The notes under the pieces were generated by a model. It had not been told where the DNA came from and made no database searches. It worked only from the letters and a program-made list of their open reading frames with translations. A program made the translations under genes and the position numbers. A stretch of DNA of 64,000 nucleotides from Antedon mediterranea (taxonomy: Eukaryota > Animalia > Echinodermata): assembly GCF_964355755.1 (NCBI RefSeq), contig NC_092670.1:10464795-10528794 (forward strand), written 5' to 3'. Positions 13,280 to 26,365 of this stretch are shown in pieces (position 1 is the first letter of the stretch; every line of letters starts with the position of its first letter).

Positions 13280-14185
13280 TTGTTTTAGCTGAAAGTGATT
13301 TTTTACACTAATACATTCAAAGCTTTAGATTTAGATCTTAAATTTTGTTTGATACTTTCACTTTACCTTGGAAAATACATCAACATTCATCTTGTGTTTG
13401 CTTATGTCACTAATTTCTTAGATCAAAACCAATATAATAAGATATATGTAGCTACATGTACATTTTTATTTCATTTTTAATCAATTCAAAACAAGATTCA
13501 ATTTAAAAACTTCAGCAAACACCATTACAAATACTCCTAAAACTACTAGAATACATTTAATTAGAATATCATTAATTAAAATATAGGAAATACTGATTTA
13601 TGATTAGATATCAATTTGATTTTATTAATTAAAAAGCAATAATAATAATTCAATTCAAATTCAATTACTTTCACTTTACCTTGGAAAATAGATAAACATT
13701 CATCTTGTGTTGCTTATGTCACTAATTTCTATAAAAACCAATATAATAAGATATATAATATGTAGGCCTACATTTATTGTAAGTTTTTATTTCATTTTTA
13801 ATCATTTCAAAACGAGATTCAATTTAAGAACTTCAGCAAATATTAGATTAAAACACTACTAATTATTAATGAAAATATAGGAAATACTGATTTATGATTA
13901 GATATCAATTTGTTATTATTATATTAAAACAATAATAATGTTACTATTATGTATGTATTAGCATAGTTTTAAATAATAAAATAAGATTTTTTTACAGAAT
14001 GAATTGATTAAATTATTTGGTATTACTATAATATTTAAAAATGATTAATAATAAAACATCCATTGTTACTAACTAATAAAAAATTCCCAAAAAAATAAAT
14101 TACAGTTGATATGACAATATATTTTATTATTGATGTTATAAAATGTGGATTATTATAATAAATAATCATTTAATGATAAGGCAAA
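13280..14185. repeat. FReD-1 3' flank, paralogous to about 34305-34955, with an internal ~310-bp tandem duplication
   Basis: Shared blocks such as TACTTTCACTTTACCTTGGAAAATA and AAATATAGGAAATACTGATTTATGATTAGATATCAATTTG occur twice here and once at about 34390-34660. Confidence 0.8.
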
Positions 14186-14743
14186 ATTTTACTTAATAAT
14201 TAGTAGTTTATTTTTTAATTAATTTATATCCAATATTACTTTGCAAAATTCCAAAATAAAAGATTGAATGAATGAATTATAAAGAATATATTCCATTTAA
14301 CACCAGATAACCTTTTAATTAAATTAGTAAAACTAAAATAAATACCAATATTATGATTTACTAAACATTATAACACATCCAAGTACAGTAGTATCTTTTA
14401 ATAATAATGGAATTTGATATTACTATGTAGTATTATATAGTGGCATATATTTTTAACAATTCTGACAATACTATAATTATTATTTAATAAATTATCGTAA
14501 TCATAAACTTATGTACTGTATGTGATTAAATTAAGACACTGTATATTCAAATTAATTTTATTTCGTCATTATGTTATTAAACCAAGGTTTTATTATTCAT
14601 TTAAAATAATTAATATAACACAAAAAGTATGATAACCAAACATGATTTTGATCTCACTGCATCTTTAATAAAATCAATATTTTTCCATTTTTTATATTTA
14701 TGAGCCAAATTAAAGTCAAATTACTAAAGTTATAATTAAATTC

Positions 14744-14994
14744 TTATGGTGCTCTTTTAACCATCATCACTGCCTTCTTGAGACTGTTGTAATTATTATG
14801 GAAATGAACCCAGTTGATGCCTTTACCATGATCTGTACCTGGTGTAAGGTAAAGCCCATTCAGGTTTGAAGCACCACAGGTATCGTACCACCAAGCACCT
14901 TTGTTATACTCAGCACAGTTTAAACTGTGCTTATCATTGTCTCTATCGTACGTTGAAAATTGGTCACCATTGTGGCGGAATGCCAAAGAATCAC
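14744..14994 (-). CDS. FReD-1 exon 5 (last): fibrinogen C-terminal domain
   Basis: (G)DSLAFRHNGDQFSTYDRDND...CAEYNKGAWWYDTCGASNLNGLY...GINW...MMVKRAP*; TTTAG acceptor. Confidence 0.93.
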
Positions 14995-15966
14995 CTAAAC
15001 AAACAAAAACATATCATCTTTAGTTTACTGCATACATGCAGTTTTTTTAATACAATTGTTTTATTTAAACATGTAAAAAATTAATATATGCTATGTAAAA
15101 TGATGCATACCTAATGAGTGTTTTGATTAATTTATGTTTTTTTGAGATTCACATCCTGTTTTAGGGGATTTTTTATTTGTTTAAAATCAAAAAACTTTTT
15201 TTTTTTTCAAAAATAGTGTTCTTGTCTTTTTTTATTCTATAAATTATACAATATGGTTGATTTATTTTACTATATTATAATTATAATTTGTTGCTCATTC
15301 AATGTTTGCTTATTATTTTACTTGTTTTCCTTTTAATGTATATGAACCATATTAATTCATATAATAATATTTATTCGATCATCAATGTAAAAATAACCAG
15401 GAATGAGAATAGGCTAAAGCCCAAACAGATTCTGCACTCACTCCATACAACATAAACAGTTAAGATAAAACCATATACAAGAAAAATACAAATAAACTAT
15501 ACTATATTACATACAACATGAAATTATGAAAATATGATAAAATTGACATTAATAAAACATTAATATTATTTTTATATTTTAACTGAAATATACTTTCAAT
15601 ACAAATGTACTGATTTAAAAAAAACAATGGAAGCGAAAACTAATTTCCAAAGTGTTTAGTAACTACAACATTTAAAATAATAACATTTTTAAATGTTAAA
15701 TTGAAATGTTGTTGTTAAATGTTGGAGCTAATCCATTGAACATTTTGATATCATTTTTAGAATTGTTAGTTTGATTAATTAATTTTAGTTGGTTGTGTAT
15801 ATAGGCCTAGTAGCTTTTCTTTAATATTGGTCCAATTTCTTTCAGATTTGATATCATGTTGCCTTTTTATCTTTGGGTAGCATATTGTTAAGTTTAACCT
15901 AAATCAATTTCAAATTTCTGTTTTTCTTTTTCTATATTTTTCACATAATACATGATTTGTAAATAA

Positions 15967-16066
15967 AACAAGGCCATACATGGCTGCGGTCACGTGCTCA
16001 AATTTGAGTTAGTGTTTACCGACCAACCGAGTGAGCTGTAGAGTCGCGTTTGCACATGACTAAAAA
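15967..16066 (-). mobile_element. Short Helentron/DINE-1-like (HINE) remnant
   Basis: Same end structures as the 35926 family: AACAAGGCCA... and AGAGTCGCG...GACTAAAAA. Confidence 0.5.
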
Positions 16067-16517
16067 TTAATTAATTATTAAACACAACTGTTTTTATAGC
16101 TTATATTAAACAGTACCAAAAAGGAAAACTTCATTATACCTGACCTACCGTAGTCAGTGCAGTGAACATTTCCGAACTTGATTTAATACTATTAGAACAT
16201 TTTTTCCTCATTTTCTATTTCATTTGTGGTAAGTGTTCCATTTTTAATCATTTCGTTGGCAAGCTAACATCTTTTGTATCTCAAATCTATCTAAAATATG
16301 GTGTAGTACTTTAAAATTAAATTGGAACATTGGCCATGTATGAGTCATTATGTCCCAGTCAATATTCCAGTGACTATTTATAAATGCTGGTACATAACTA
16401 GATACAACATGGGATTCTTGTGATGAAGACATATAAATGTGTGAACATTAAGGTATGCTAAATTTACTGTTCTGTAAGCTTGTTTAAACCGTTTAATCCC
16501 AATCAATTTTCTTATCA

Positions 16518-18868
16518 TCTATATATAAATTTATGTAAGGGCAAAATTCGGTAAATCACGCGTTATTTCTAGAATGTTTTCTCGATGGTATATAAAGTTG
16601 GTTCGTACTTTCGGTACTGATTTTAACCACCTGATGTAACCCTGTTTACTAATTAAATTGAGTTCGATAATTAGTTATTGACAATTAAAACAAATTTAGG
16701 TTCAACGATTTGCCCCAAATAGGGGTGTTTTTCGATCGTGGTATACACTGTCTAATGGATGTCCATCTTGAAAAATACCCGCAGACAATATTACGAGAAT
16801 GCTTGGCATTTTCCTATCTCCTCCTACGATAATTGTTTTTAACTAGATGGTACGCTCGCTTCGCTCGCGTACCATCTAGGTCGTGCCCACAGATGGTTCT
16901 CGAATACATACTAATTTCAGCGTTTAAAAAACTGGCGACTTCAAATGCACATGCAGGACAATAATACATGTTGTTTACAGGAACGAATAAATAGACACAG
17001 TGATTTATGTACTCAACTAAAATTAGCACCCCGGGAATTACTTCCGAAAAAGAAACTTGTCACAAAATAAGAAACAAACTGAATTTGTGTTTTGTATGTA
17101 ACATTTGGGTTGAGGGATGGGGAAGAGGATGGATGCAAAGACGAACAATTTTTAAATATATTCTTTATCGATTTAGTAACGAAATATGAATTGTTTTCAT
17201 GTTTTACAAATAATATACCAGTAAACACAGTAAAACATTGCGATTTAATACTTTGTTGAAACTGTCACCGTCATAGTCGATTGAAATAGTACAGTACATG
17301 TAACGATACATCACTAATACGACGTTTATATTTTTTTGAAGTTACATGATTACAAACGTTCAGAAGGAACTGTCAGTAATATATTAAACACCTCTATTCG
17401 GGGCAAATCGTAAATTCGCTTTAATCGTCAATAAATAATTATCTAACTCAACTTAATTAGTAGGCCTAATGGTTAATTGTTTCATAGAGCCAATTATGCT
17501 ACCCACTACCCAACTTGTATTGAAAAGTTGTTCTGCGTTTAGGGCATGTACTGATCATTCGTACTGTAGGCCTGCCCTCTACTGGCTTTACAACGCTACT
17601 CATGCCAGTGAGGGGAGGGTGGTGGTGTTGGTGGTGGTTTAGCTGCAATAATAAATTTGATTGTACATAATAGACGGCGACTGGAAAGGCTAGCTCATTA
17701 TGCGTTAAAAAAAAGATTCCACAGATTGGAAAAAAGTGTATCGAATTTCTGTTATGGCTGTACAGTACTTGTCTTTATGACGCCTGAGGGAATAGACACT
17801 TGTGGAACAGAGATTGGAATGTTCCATTTATCGCAGATCAAAAGATTTGTATAAACGTATATTAAATCTATAAAAATAGTATTTTTTAAAGAAAATCGGC
17901 CTGTCTTCAACATTATGATGCTGTACTCGAGCTGTTCAACCGGTTTTCAGCTATTAAAAACAATTATCGTAGGAGGAGATAGGAAAATGCGAAGCATCCT
18001 CGCATTATTGTCTGCGGGTATTTTTCAAGTTGGACATCCATTAGACAGTGTATACCACGACCACGAAACACCCCTATTTAGGGCAAATCGTTGAACCTAA
18101 ATTCGTTTTAATTGTCAATAACTAATTATCTAACTCAATTTAATTAGTAAACATGGTTACATCAAATGGTTAAAATCAGTACCGAAAGTACGAACCAACT
18201 TTATATACCATCGAGTAAAAATTCTAGAAATAAACTGCGATTTACCGAATTTTGCCCTTACGTAAATTTATATATAGATGACTGAAAACCGGTTGAACAG
18301 TTCGAGTACAGCATCATAATGTTGAAGAAAAAATAGACCTACTATTTTGATAGATTTAATATGTTTATACATGTGTATTGATTTGTGATGAATGGAACAT
18401 TCCAATCTCTGTTCCACAAGTGTCTATTCCCTCAGGCGTCGTAAAGGCAAGTACTGTATACTCATAACAGAAACTTGATCCATTTTTTTTTCAATATGTG
18501 CTGCAGAGGTTGGATATAGATTGTTTTTAAATGGAATGAGCTAGCGTTTTCAGTCGCTGTATTTTATGTACAAATCTTTATTATTGCAGTTAAAAAACCA
18601 CCCACATCATCACCCTTTCCTCACTGGCATGAGCGTCGTAAAGCCAGTAGAGGATAGGCCTACGGTGCATCACATGCCCTAAACGCAGAACAACTTTGGT
18701 GGGTAGGGTAGGAACCGACTTAAAGTATGAATTTGGCTCTAAGAAACAATTGAAAACCATTAGGCCTACTAATTAAGTTGAGTTAGATAATTTACTATTA
18801 TTGACGATTAAATCAAATTTATGATTTGCCCCGAATAGAGGTGGTTTTCGAACGAGCGTACCATCTAG
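16518..18868 (+). mobile_element. Non-autonomous Helitron (outer copy, interrupted)
   Basis: A|TCTATATATAAATTT start; ends GAGCGTACCATCTAG|T; 5' part colinear with the copy at 55549. Confidence 0.8.
16843..18278 (-). mobile_element. Non-autonomous Helitron (inner copy, same family, opposite orientation)
   Basis: On the minus strand: 5' TC at 18278, 3' hairpin GGTACGC...GCGTACC then CTAG ending at 16843; inserted between A and T with no TSD. Confidence 0.85.
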
Positions 18869-19076
18869 TTTAAACTCAATTATAGGTAGTCATAATTGGT
18901 TTGAAAATTCAGTTTTTAATACTCTTAAAGTGATAAATGCAACAACAACAAAAGTGCACAGTGTGTATTTTTAATGCAAGGTACAAAGGTGAGGCCTATA
19001 AAGAAAAATAATACTTTTAATTCTTTGTTTACTTGAAATGTGTTTTTTAGTGTAAAAATTGATTGAATGTACTAAC

Positions 19077-19338
19077 CTGCCGTTCCTGTGTATCCACTGA
19101 TTTTCAAAGCATAGTTAGAGTCCTCAGTATCAATACGAAAATGAGAATATCTTGCAAACTTCATGTCATCCAAGTGGTCAGTCATCTCTATTAGAAGCTC
19201 AAAACTGCCATCAGCTGTTAAACGGTTGATTTGTTCATTACCAAGCCAGAACTCTGTGTTCACATTTCCAAAACCCTCTTTGTATTCTGCCCAATTATGG
19301 TAGAAATCAACTGATCCATCTTGTCTTCTCTGTATCAC
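19077..19338 (-). CDS. FReD-1 exon 4: fibrinogen domain
   Basis: VIQRRQDGSVDFYHNWAEYKEGFGNVNTEFWLGNEQI...GYTGTA(G); CAG/GT sites; in phase with both neighbours. Confidence 0.94.
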
Positions 19339-20381
19339 CTGATAATGAAAGGATAGTAATCTATACTCTACAGTCTTACTAAAACAGTGATGTCAAGCCC
19401 ATCAACTTGAGTAAATAGAAGTAAATGAATTAAGAATCTGACCAGTAATATTACGATTAAGGTACGTCAATATTTTACAATTTAATTTTGATGTTCCTCA
19501 TTTTCTACAATTTGATTACACTCATTTTACAATAATTATGCAAGTTTTGAACATTTAGTGTGATTGTTCTTGAATTATGTTTAGAACATAGTTTTGTTGT
19601 GACCTCCAGACAACACTTCAACAAATCGCTCTGCGTGTGCGCAGGTATAGTTATGTGTGGGTCGAGAACCCTATTTCTGAAAAGTAACGTTAGTAAAAAA
19701 TGTGGAAGAATCATTAATTTCTGTTGAACAAAATGATAAATCTAAACTTATGTTTTTAATAAAGCCAAATACTGTATTATTAGGAATTGTTCATTGCAAT
19801 AAGCTATTTATCCATATGCAAGTTTTAAACATTCCTAAACAACTGTTCGCTTAACTATGTTGTGTAAATCAGTAGAATGTTGATGTCATTCGTTAAAGTC
19901 TACATGCTCGTGCGAAAGCTCCTTATTTCATTCATGCCATCATCTGTAAGTCAACATCGCCCTCTATCTATTTTCAAGATGTAAGGAGTGCAGAGTGCGA
20001 CGTCATATGTGAATGGAATCCCCTTTCCGTTTATTAATTATGAGAGATGCTTGTACAATGGCTTGAATATCGTAAATTTGAAAGTCCTTGTACTTCTGGA
20101 ACGGATTCTATCTGAAATCATACCATTGTTCTCTATTAATTGTTTTGCTGGTGTCTCTATGGCTGGCAGTTCTTACAGTAACGTATTGTGATGTGTGTTT
20201 TAGTAATGAATTAGTAAGCTGTGGCAATGATGTTAGATTTACCTCTGATATCTTTAAATAAATTGTAAGTGTCTTTCAAGGATACAAGCAAAATTCAATT
20301 TTTTCAAGTAATAAGCTAGTGTGTTATAATGTTGGATTTGCTCCTTCTGATATCTTTACATAAATTGTTGCCTATACTTAC

Positions 20382-20518
20382 TGTCCATCCTGCATCATGC
20401 CTCATGTCACAGTACACAGTGATTTGTGGTCCTCCATCACATAGCTGTATCACATATTGACCACTCACAGCAGAAGGATTATTTTGTAAAATCGTACTAC
20501 ACTCCCTCATAAAACACT
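20382..20518 (-). CDS. FReD-1 exon 3: start of fibrinogen domain
   Basis: (K)CFMRECSTILQNNPSAVSGQYVIQLCDGGPQITVYCDMRHDAGWT; TAG/GTAAG sites. Confidence 0.92.
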
Positions 20519-20776
20519 CTAAAATTACAAAGTTTGAAGATCACATATTAGATATAACATTGAAATAAGCCTATACATTGAGTGAAACGTCCATTTGGTT
20601 ATAAGATTAATTTTATAGTAGGTAAATACAAGTGAAAATACTTTAAGAATATTAAAGAGAACATTTCCTATAGGCAAATTCAACAGCAACAGTCACGACC
20701 AGCAGCCAATCACTAATAATATATGTGAACCTCCATATAAGAAATAAATTTATTTAATAATAAATTGTATACTTAC

Positions 20777-20801
20777 TCATTTTGGAATCAGTGGCCAGGA
20801 C
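20777..20801 (-). CDS. FReD-1 exon 2: 25-nt linker micro-exon (VLATDSKM)
   Basis: TTTCTTCAG acceptor and GTAAGT donor; supplies exactly the phase 0 to phase 1 change needed to join the PAN exon to exon 3. Confidence 0.75.
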
Positions 20802-20899
20802 CTGAAGAAAAAGGAAATATAAAATAATTAACATAATGACAGTATATAGATATAGAATGCCGCTATTACTGTAATTTAATCATTACAAACTAGTTTTCT

Positions 20900-20903
<4 letters not shown>

Positions 20904-20944
<41 letters not shown>
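20904..20944. repeat. (GA)n microsatellite
   Basis: Seen directly. Confidence 0.95.
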
Positions 20945-20947
<3 letters not shown>

Positions 20948-21607
20948 CAGCATTTTACAGTAGTTGAAATAGTGAACTTCCCATGGAGAGTGACCACATG
21001 ATAATGTAGGTGCATCACATTGGCCAATTAGTGTAGATATGCTAGTTTGAAGTCACAACCAAAAACATTATTTTTGATCATACGTCCACTACACAGTCAC
21101 GCATCATGCATGCGTAGAAATGTATTCTGATCGAGAATTGTTGGTTGGTTGGGTTTGGAAATAAAATAAAAAAAATATAAAAAAAATAAAAAGATATTAA
21201 ACATCTCACCATGACAGTAAATCAAGAACTAAATAAAGTTTCTTCTTTCAAATAATTTTTTCTTTTGGATGATCCAAAAGAATAAAATATTTGAATACTA
21301 CAGTATCCAGAGATCCAGATGAACCTTTTTACTAAAGTTTCTTCTTTGCTCAAATCTAATATTACTTATCACTCAATATACTTATACCATGTGTAGTAGA
21401 CAACACATAATATTCAAATTATGATTGACAATATTGCTTTTTCACAGGTTTCCCATTCAAAATTATTTGGGCGTAATTATAGATGAAACACTAACATGGG
21501 GGCATTCCAAAGTATTTTTGTAAAATGGACGTGACATTTTTGAGAATATAACTAGCCATATTTTAGAAATAAAAAAGAATACATAACATATATGGCCATG
21601 AATGTTA

Positions 21608-22067
21608 ATTAATAATAATAATAAACGAAAACTTATATAGCGCCGGTATCCTCCACCCATGTGGCGCTCATGGCGCTTTGTGCATTAACAACGTGTGAGA
21701 ACATCAGCGAATAGCGACGTCTTTAGGTTGGTCTTGAAACTGTTTAGACTATAAGTTGAGCATTTAACTGTTGCTGGTAAGCTGTTCCATACACTTGCGG
21801 CCGCAACGTAAAAAGATCTCTGACCCCACTGATTTTTCGCTCTACGCTCTTGAAGAAGGTTTTGTGACAATGATCGTAGGCCTCTGCGGGATGATTCGTA
21901 ACGATCCACAAGGTCAGATAAATAAGCAGGAGCACTGTCATTTAGGATCTTGAATACAAACAACGCAAGTTTGTACTTAATACGTTGTTGAACAGGCAAC
22001 CAATGCAAATCCATCAGGACAGGAGTTATGTGAGCGTTTGATTTTGTATAAGTTACAATTCTAGCTG
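21608..22067 (-). mobile_element. 3' end of a CR1/L2-clade LINE (ORF2 C-terminus plus (TTA)n tail)
   Basis: ARIVT...AHITPVLMDLHWLPVQQRIKYK...FYVAAASVWNSLP...FKTNLKT, followed by a short UTR and TTA repeats. Confidence 0.88.
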
Positions 22068-23808
22068 GGGTGTGTAGAAAGCGACGACCTCGAATTGGAC
22101 GACCCCAACGACCCGGGCGACCTAGAATTGGACGACCCATAACACGAAACCGACGACCCCTATAATAGCCTAGGCTAGGCCTAAGTATGGTATAACATCC
22201 CGAAGCCGAACATAACCAAAGATCTTTAAACCATACCTTATATAATACTCGCAAGCAATCAATGGATTGAAAAAATACAGAAATATCGCCATTTGATACT
22301 GAATGTGTCGACACGAACAAACGAACAGATATGGAACGCCAAGAGTGCATCATTAAAACTGCATTCGACTCGATTAGCACACGAAATATCATAAACATGG
22401 CAAACCAGGCCCCTTTTTTCAGCGGCAGGTAAGGTTTGACCATGGAGGTACTCCATGGTTTGACCAGCTCCATGGTTTGGTAAAAATATTTTTATACCTC
22501 CATGGTTTGACCGTATACAATGCATGTGTGAAATGTAAAGCTTTCTTATGGCCCTCCCCATGCAGGATTAGGCCAAGTTGAGCCGCCGACAAGTTGAGGC
22601 GCCGCCAGAAAAACGTTATTTTCTATGAAACGCCAAATGCTTACTTTCGCCGGTGCTCGTTTCTATTTAATAGAAGTTCTATTTATATTAATTATTAGAT
22701 ATAACGATGTATATTCCAAAGTTTATATATCACGGTTTTTAGTATATATTATTAAATATTATAATTAAAGAGAAATAATTATGAATATCTGACTTGTAGA
22801 TTCCAAAATATAAGGCCTAAAACATGACCGAAAATGATCGTTTTTAGCCAAAAATGACGTAAACATGTTGCCCCCTCAGGCGGCAGTTGAAGTAAAATAA
22901 TTGCATAAAATCACCGTTTTTTAGTAAAATATTTTGTGTATTAACATTGTAAAATTCAATAAAATATGATATTAAAAGATAGTAAATAAAAAATAATAAT
23001 TATTTAACCTCATTCGAAGAATATCAATACTCTATTAGTCCTGAGAGACAACGTGATTTTACGTGGTAGGCATACACGCGAGAAAAATATTATGGAGTGC
23101 ACTGCATTTTTACCTTGAAAGATTAAAAACAAATAAATTATTAAATATGACTACTTTCCTTTGCTGTTTCAAACCAACAAAATTGTAGTATGTAATTATT
23201 ATTTATTTTCATGACACAATAAACCTAAAGACCATGAACTTATGTAGGGCCTACTAGGACACCACTCTATCACTACGCGAAATGTCGTAAAAGACGCACA
23301 GGCCGTTTCATAGAAATTACCGGCGGCTCAACTTGTCGTCGGCCCAACCGGTCATATCCCCATGCGGATGTTACGCTGCTTGGTAGGCCTATAGTGTTCG
23401 TTATAAGAAGACGAGATGTAATTATACGTCCATGGTTTAACCATGTATTGTATAATATTTATTTCTTTTTAATTTATTTTTAATATGTCGAATGCAGTTT
23501 TAATGATGCACTCTTGGCGTTCCATATCTTTTCGTTTGTTCGTGTCGACACAATCAGTATCAAATGGCGATATTTCTGTATTTTTTCAATCAATTGCTTG
23601 CTTGCGAGTATTATATAATAAGGTATAGTTTAAAGATCTTTGGCTATGTTCGGCTTCGGGATGTTATACCACACTTAGGCCTAGGCTAGGCTAGGCTATA
23701 GGGGTCGTCGGTTTCGTGTTATGGGTCGTTCAATTCGAGGTCGTTCAATTCGAGGTCGCCTGGGTCGTTGGGGTCGTCCAATTCGAGGTCGTCGCTTTCT
23801 ACACACCC
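22068..23808. mobile_element. Mutator-like non-autonomous element splitting the LINE
   Basis: TIR GGGTGTGTAGAAAGCGACGACCTCGAATTGGACGACC with about 300-bp arms; exact 10-bp TSD ATTCTAGCTG. Confidence 0.88.
22564..23356. mobile_element. Nested MITE with degenerate TIRs
   Basis: Flanked by duplicated TCCCCATGC; GACAAGTTGAG and TTTCTATGAAACG motifs appear inverted at both ends. Confidence 0.55.
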
Positions 23809-24155
23809 ATTCTAGCTGCCATATTTTGCAAGCGCTGCAAACGTTGTATTTGAGATTTTGGTATGCCAAACAACAAGGCATTACCAATGTCAATTTTAGA
23901 AGTGACAAATGAGTGTACAATCAATTCAGCTGTTTTCTTGTTAAGATTACCGCGAATACGACCAAGGTTCCTAATCGATATGCATGCTGCTTTGGATACA
24001 GTTGTTATTTGTGCTTCCATAGTGAGATTACTATCCAGCATGATTCCCAGATTCCGGACCACCGATGAGGGAGCGATGTTAGAGTTTCCGATTCTGATAT
24101 GTGTGATGTTGATTTTGGAGATGTTACATTTAGACCCGACGATAATAAACTCTGT
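23809..24155 (-). mobile_element. Upstream part of the same 5'-truncated CR1/L2 LINE
   Basis: TEFIIVGS...VRNLGIMLDSNLTM...LIVHSFVTSKID.GNALLFGIP...RLQRLQNMAAR joins ARIVT across the TSD. Confidence 0.88.
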
Positions 24156-26074
24156 CAGGAAATTTAATTATGAAAGTCAAACAAATTTATAAGACTGTAC
24201 AAAAAAATTATTAAAATTGTATGTGTCACAGACAGGCAATGTACATGACTTTTAAGAAGGTTTAGGTATTGTAATATTTCTCCTCATTTAAAAGAAATCT
24301 TAAAATTTGTTTTGTATTATGATGTTGCCAGATAGTTGTTTTAGATAACTGAATGTTAATCAACTCCAAATTTATTAATAAATATGATTTATATGTTGTT
24401 ACAGACGGGATTTTTCCAACGTCGTGGACAGAACACTTTTGTCCAGGTTAAAAAAATTGTATAATTTTGATATTAACAAAAATAAAATTACATCAGTTTA
24501 TTCTTTTATTACAAATCAAAATATTATTCAACCTTTGAAACACTGTTGAAAGTTTAGGTCAAGTGAAAATATTAAAATTCATAAAATAATATAAAATATT
24601 ATTTATAAAATTAATTATTCAAAGAGTTATAAAGAGAAGCAATAATTGTTAAATTCATTTGTTTAATTCATTTATTTTAAAAAACATCATTAATTTAAAA
24701 GTTAGGTTTCGTATAAACAAATCTTCAAGCTATTAACACATTTAAGGCGATTCTTTAAAAATTGACGTTGGCATTTGACGTCTGAATTTCTTAGTGGATC
24801 CAAGTTGCACCTGAAATTTTCTTCTATCCTTGCTTGAATTTAATATTATTTCTATTTAGTATCTGATTTATAAAGGTTTATGGTTGCAAATTCACAAAGA
24901 ATGAAATCTACAAAGTGAAAAAAAATACAAGTTTAAATCTATTGCAATTTAATATCATTAAGAACAGTTGAAAATTATGTTTTGAAAATACAGATTTTGC
25001 AATCATTACTTCAATAAACACTAAATGAGGAAAAAACCCAACCAAAATTTCTCAGAAGTGACAATTATAATTTTTTAAATGAAAATTATGTATGAATATG
25101 AAATTAATAAACAAACAATTGTAATAAAATATTTGATTATGAACAAACCCCCCTTTTCTTGAAGTGCCCTTTCAAACTAGACTAGGCATAGCCGATATGA
25201 CAATTTCTTGGCTATTCTGTATAGCCAGCAGGCAAATTGTACTTTTCTTACTACAAAGTCCTAGGAAAATTTGTCTAGTTTATAAATATTAGTATGTTAA
25301 AATATTAAAAATAGAAATATATTAATAACATTTAAATTTTTTCTTAACTAAAAGAAGACACATAGATTGTATTTACTATGTATACAGTACCAGTAATAAA
25401 TGTAATCTTTATGTTAAATTTACTTCAAATGATTTATATACAATTAAAAAGAAATATCATATCTATACACGTAACCATACATATGAGGTATCAAAGTGAC
25501 TGCAATTGAACCTTTTTTTAAACTATAACATTTAAAAAATCCCCACCTGCACCTTTTTCCTGTCCTTGTTGTTTTTAATGAACTACAATATGGGTTACAG
25601 GTAAACAAGCTTTGCTCTTATGGTCATCCATACTAGCATTTGTTTTTTATCCCTCATGATATTTAAATGGTAAAATAAATTTATACTTGACTCTCTTTTT
25701 TATATTGATAGAGATATTTTTTTATTTTATATATGGATTTAATTTATATTTGGATTTAAGTGATTCTTCATAATATTTTTGTTTATTACTTTTATATACT
25801 AAATAAATTTTGGGGAGGTCCAACCATGTTTACATTACTTCACTCTGTAAATTTAATTGCTATGGCGTTGCTTAATCTGTATACAATTTGTTTTAAATTC
25901 TAGCTATCAATTTAAAACAGAATCCGAGATACAATAGATCACCAAAGTAAGAAAACACCTTCAGGAGCCAAAACAATTCCTACTAATAGGCGTTTCCCCG
26001 AAACCAAGTTTTGTTGAATACACTACATAAGTTGTTCATTCCATCAGTACACTAAATCAGAAAATTTAACTCAC

Positions 26075-26365
26075 CCTTTCGATGTAACAAAACTCTGGCT
26101 TTTGAATTACGTTGTTTTCAACTGATGCTTCTTCCAGTATTTGCTTACTGATTTGACAAACACGATCTTTCTGGTTATAGTTGACCGACAAGCAATCGGA
26201 TTTGTGGGAACATTCCAGCAAACAATTTACACGGCTTATATTCTTCAACTCGTAACTCCAACCCTCAAGAGCCTGTCCCTGGATAACTGTATAGAATGAA
26301 TTGGTCGAAAGAACGACAATAGGCAGAAGATTAAGAACGACAACCAAAGTTGCAAACGTATGCAT
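26075..26365 (-). CDS. FReD-1 exon 1: signal peptide plus PAN/apple domain
   Basis: MHTFATLVVVLNLLPIVVLS hydrophobic leader; C-x3-C-x5-C-x-SVNY-x6-C PAN pattern; GTGAGT donor in phase 0. Linkage to the FBG exons is inferred from phase and orientation. Confidence 0.8.

Noticed and set aside
21685-22473. 262-aa ORF as an independent gene
   Set aside because: Chance fusion of MITE arm sequence with a truncated LINE ORF2 C-terminus.
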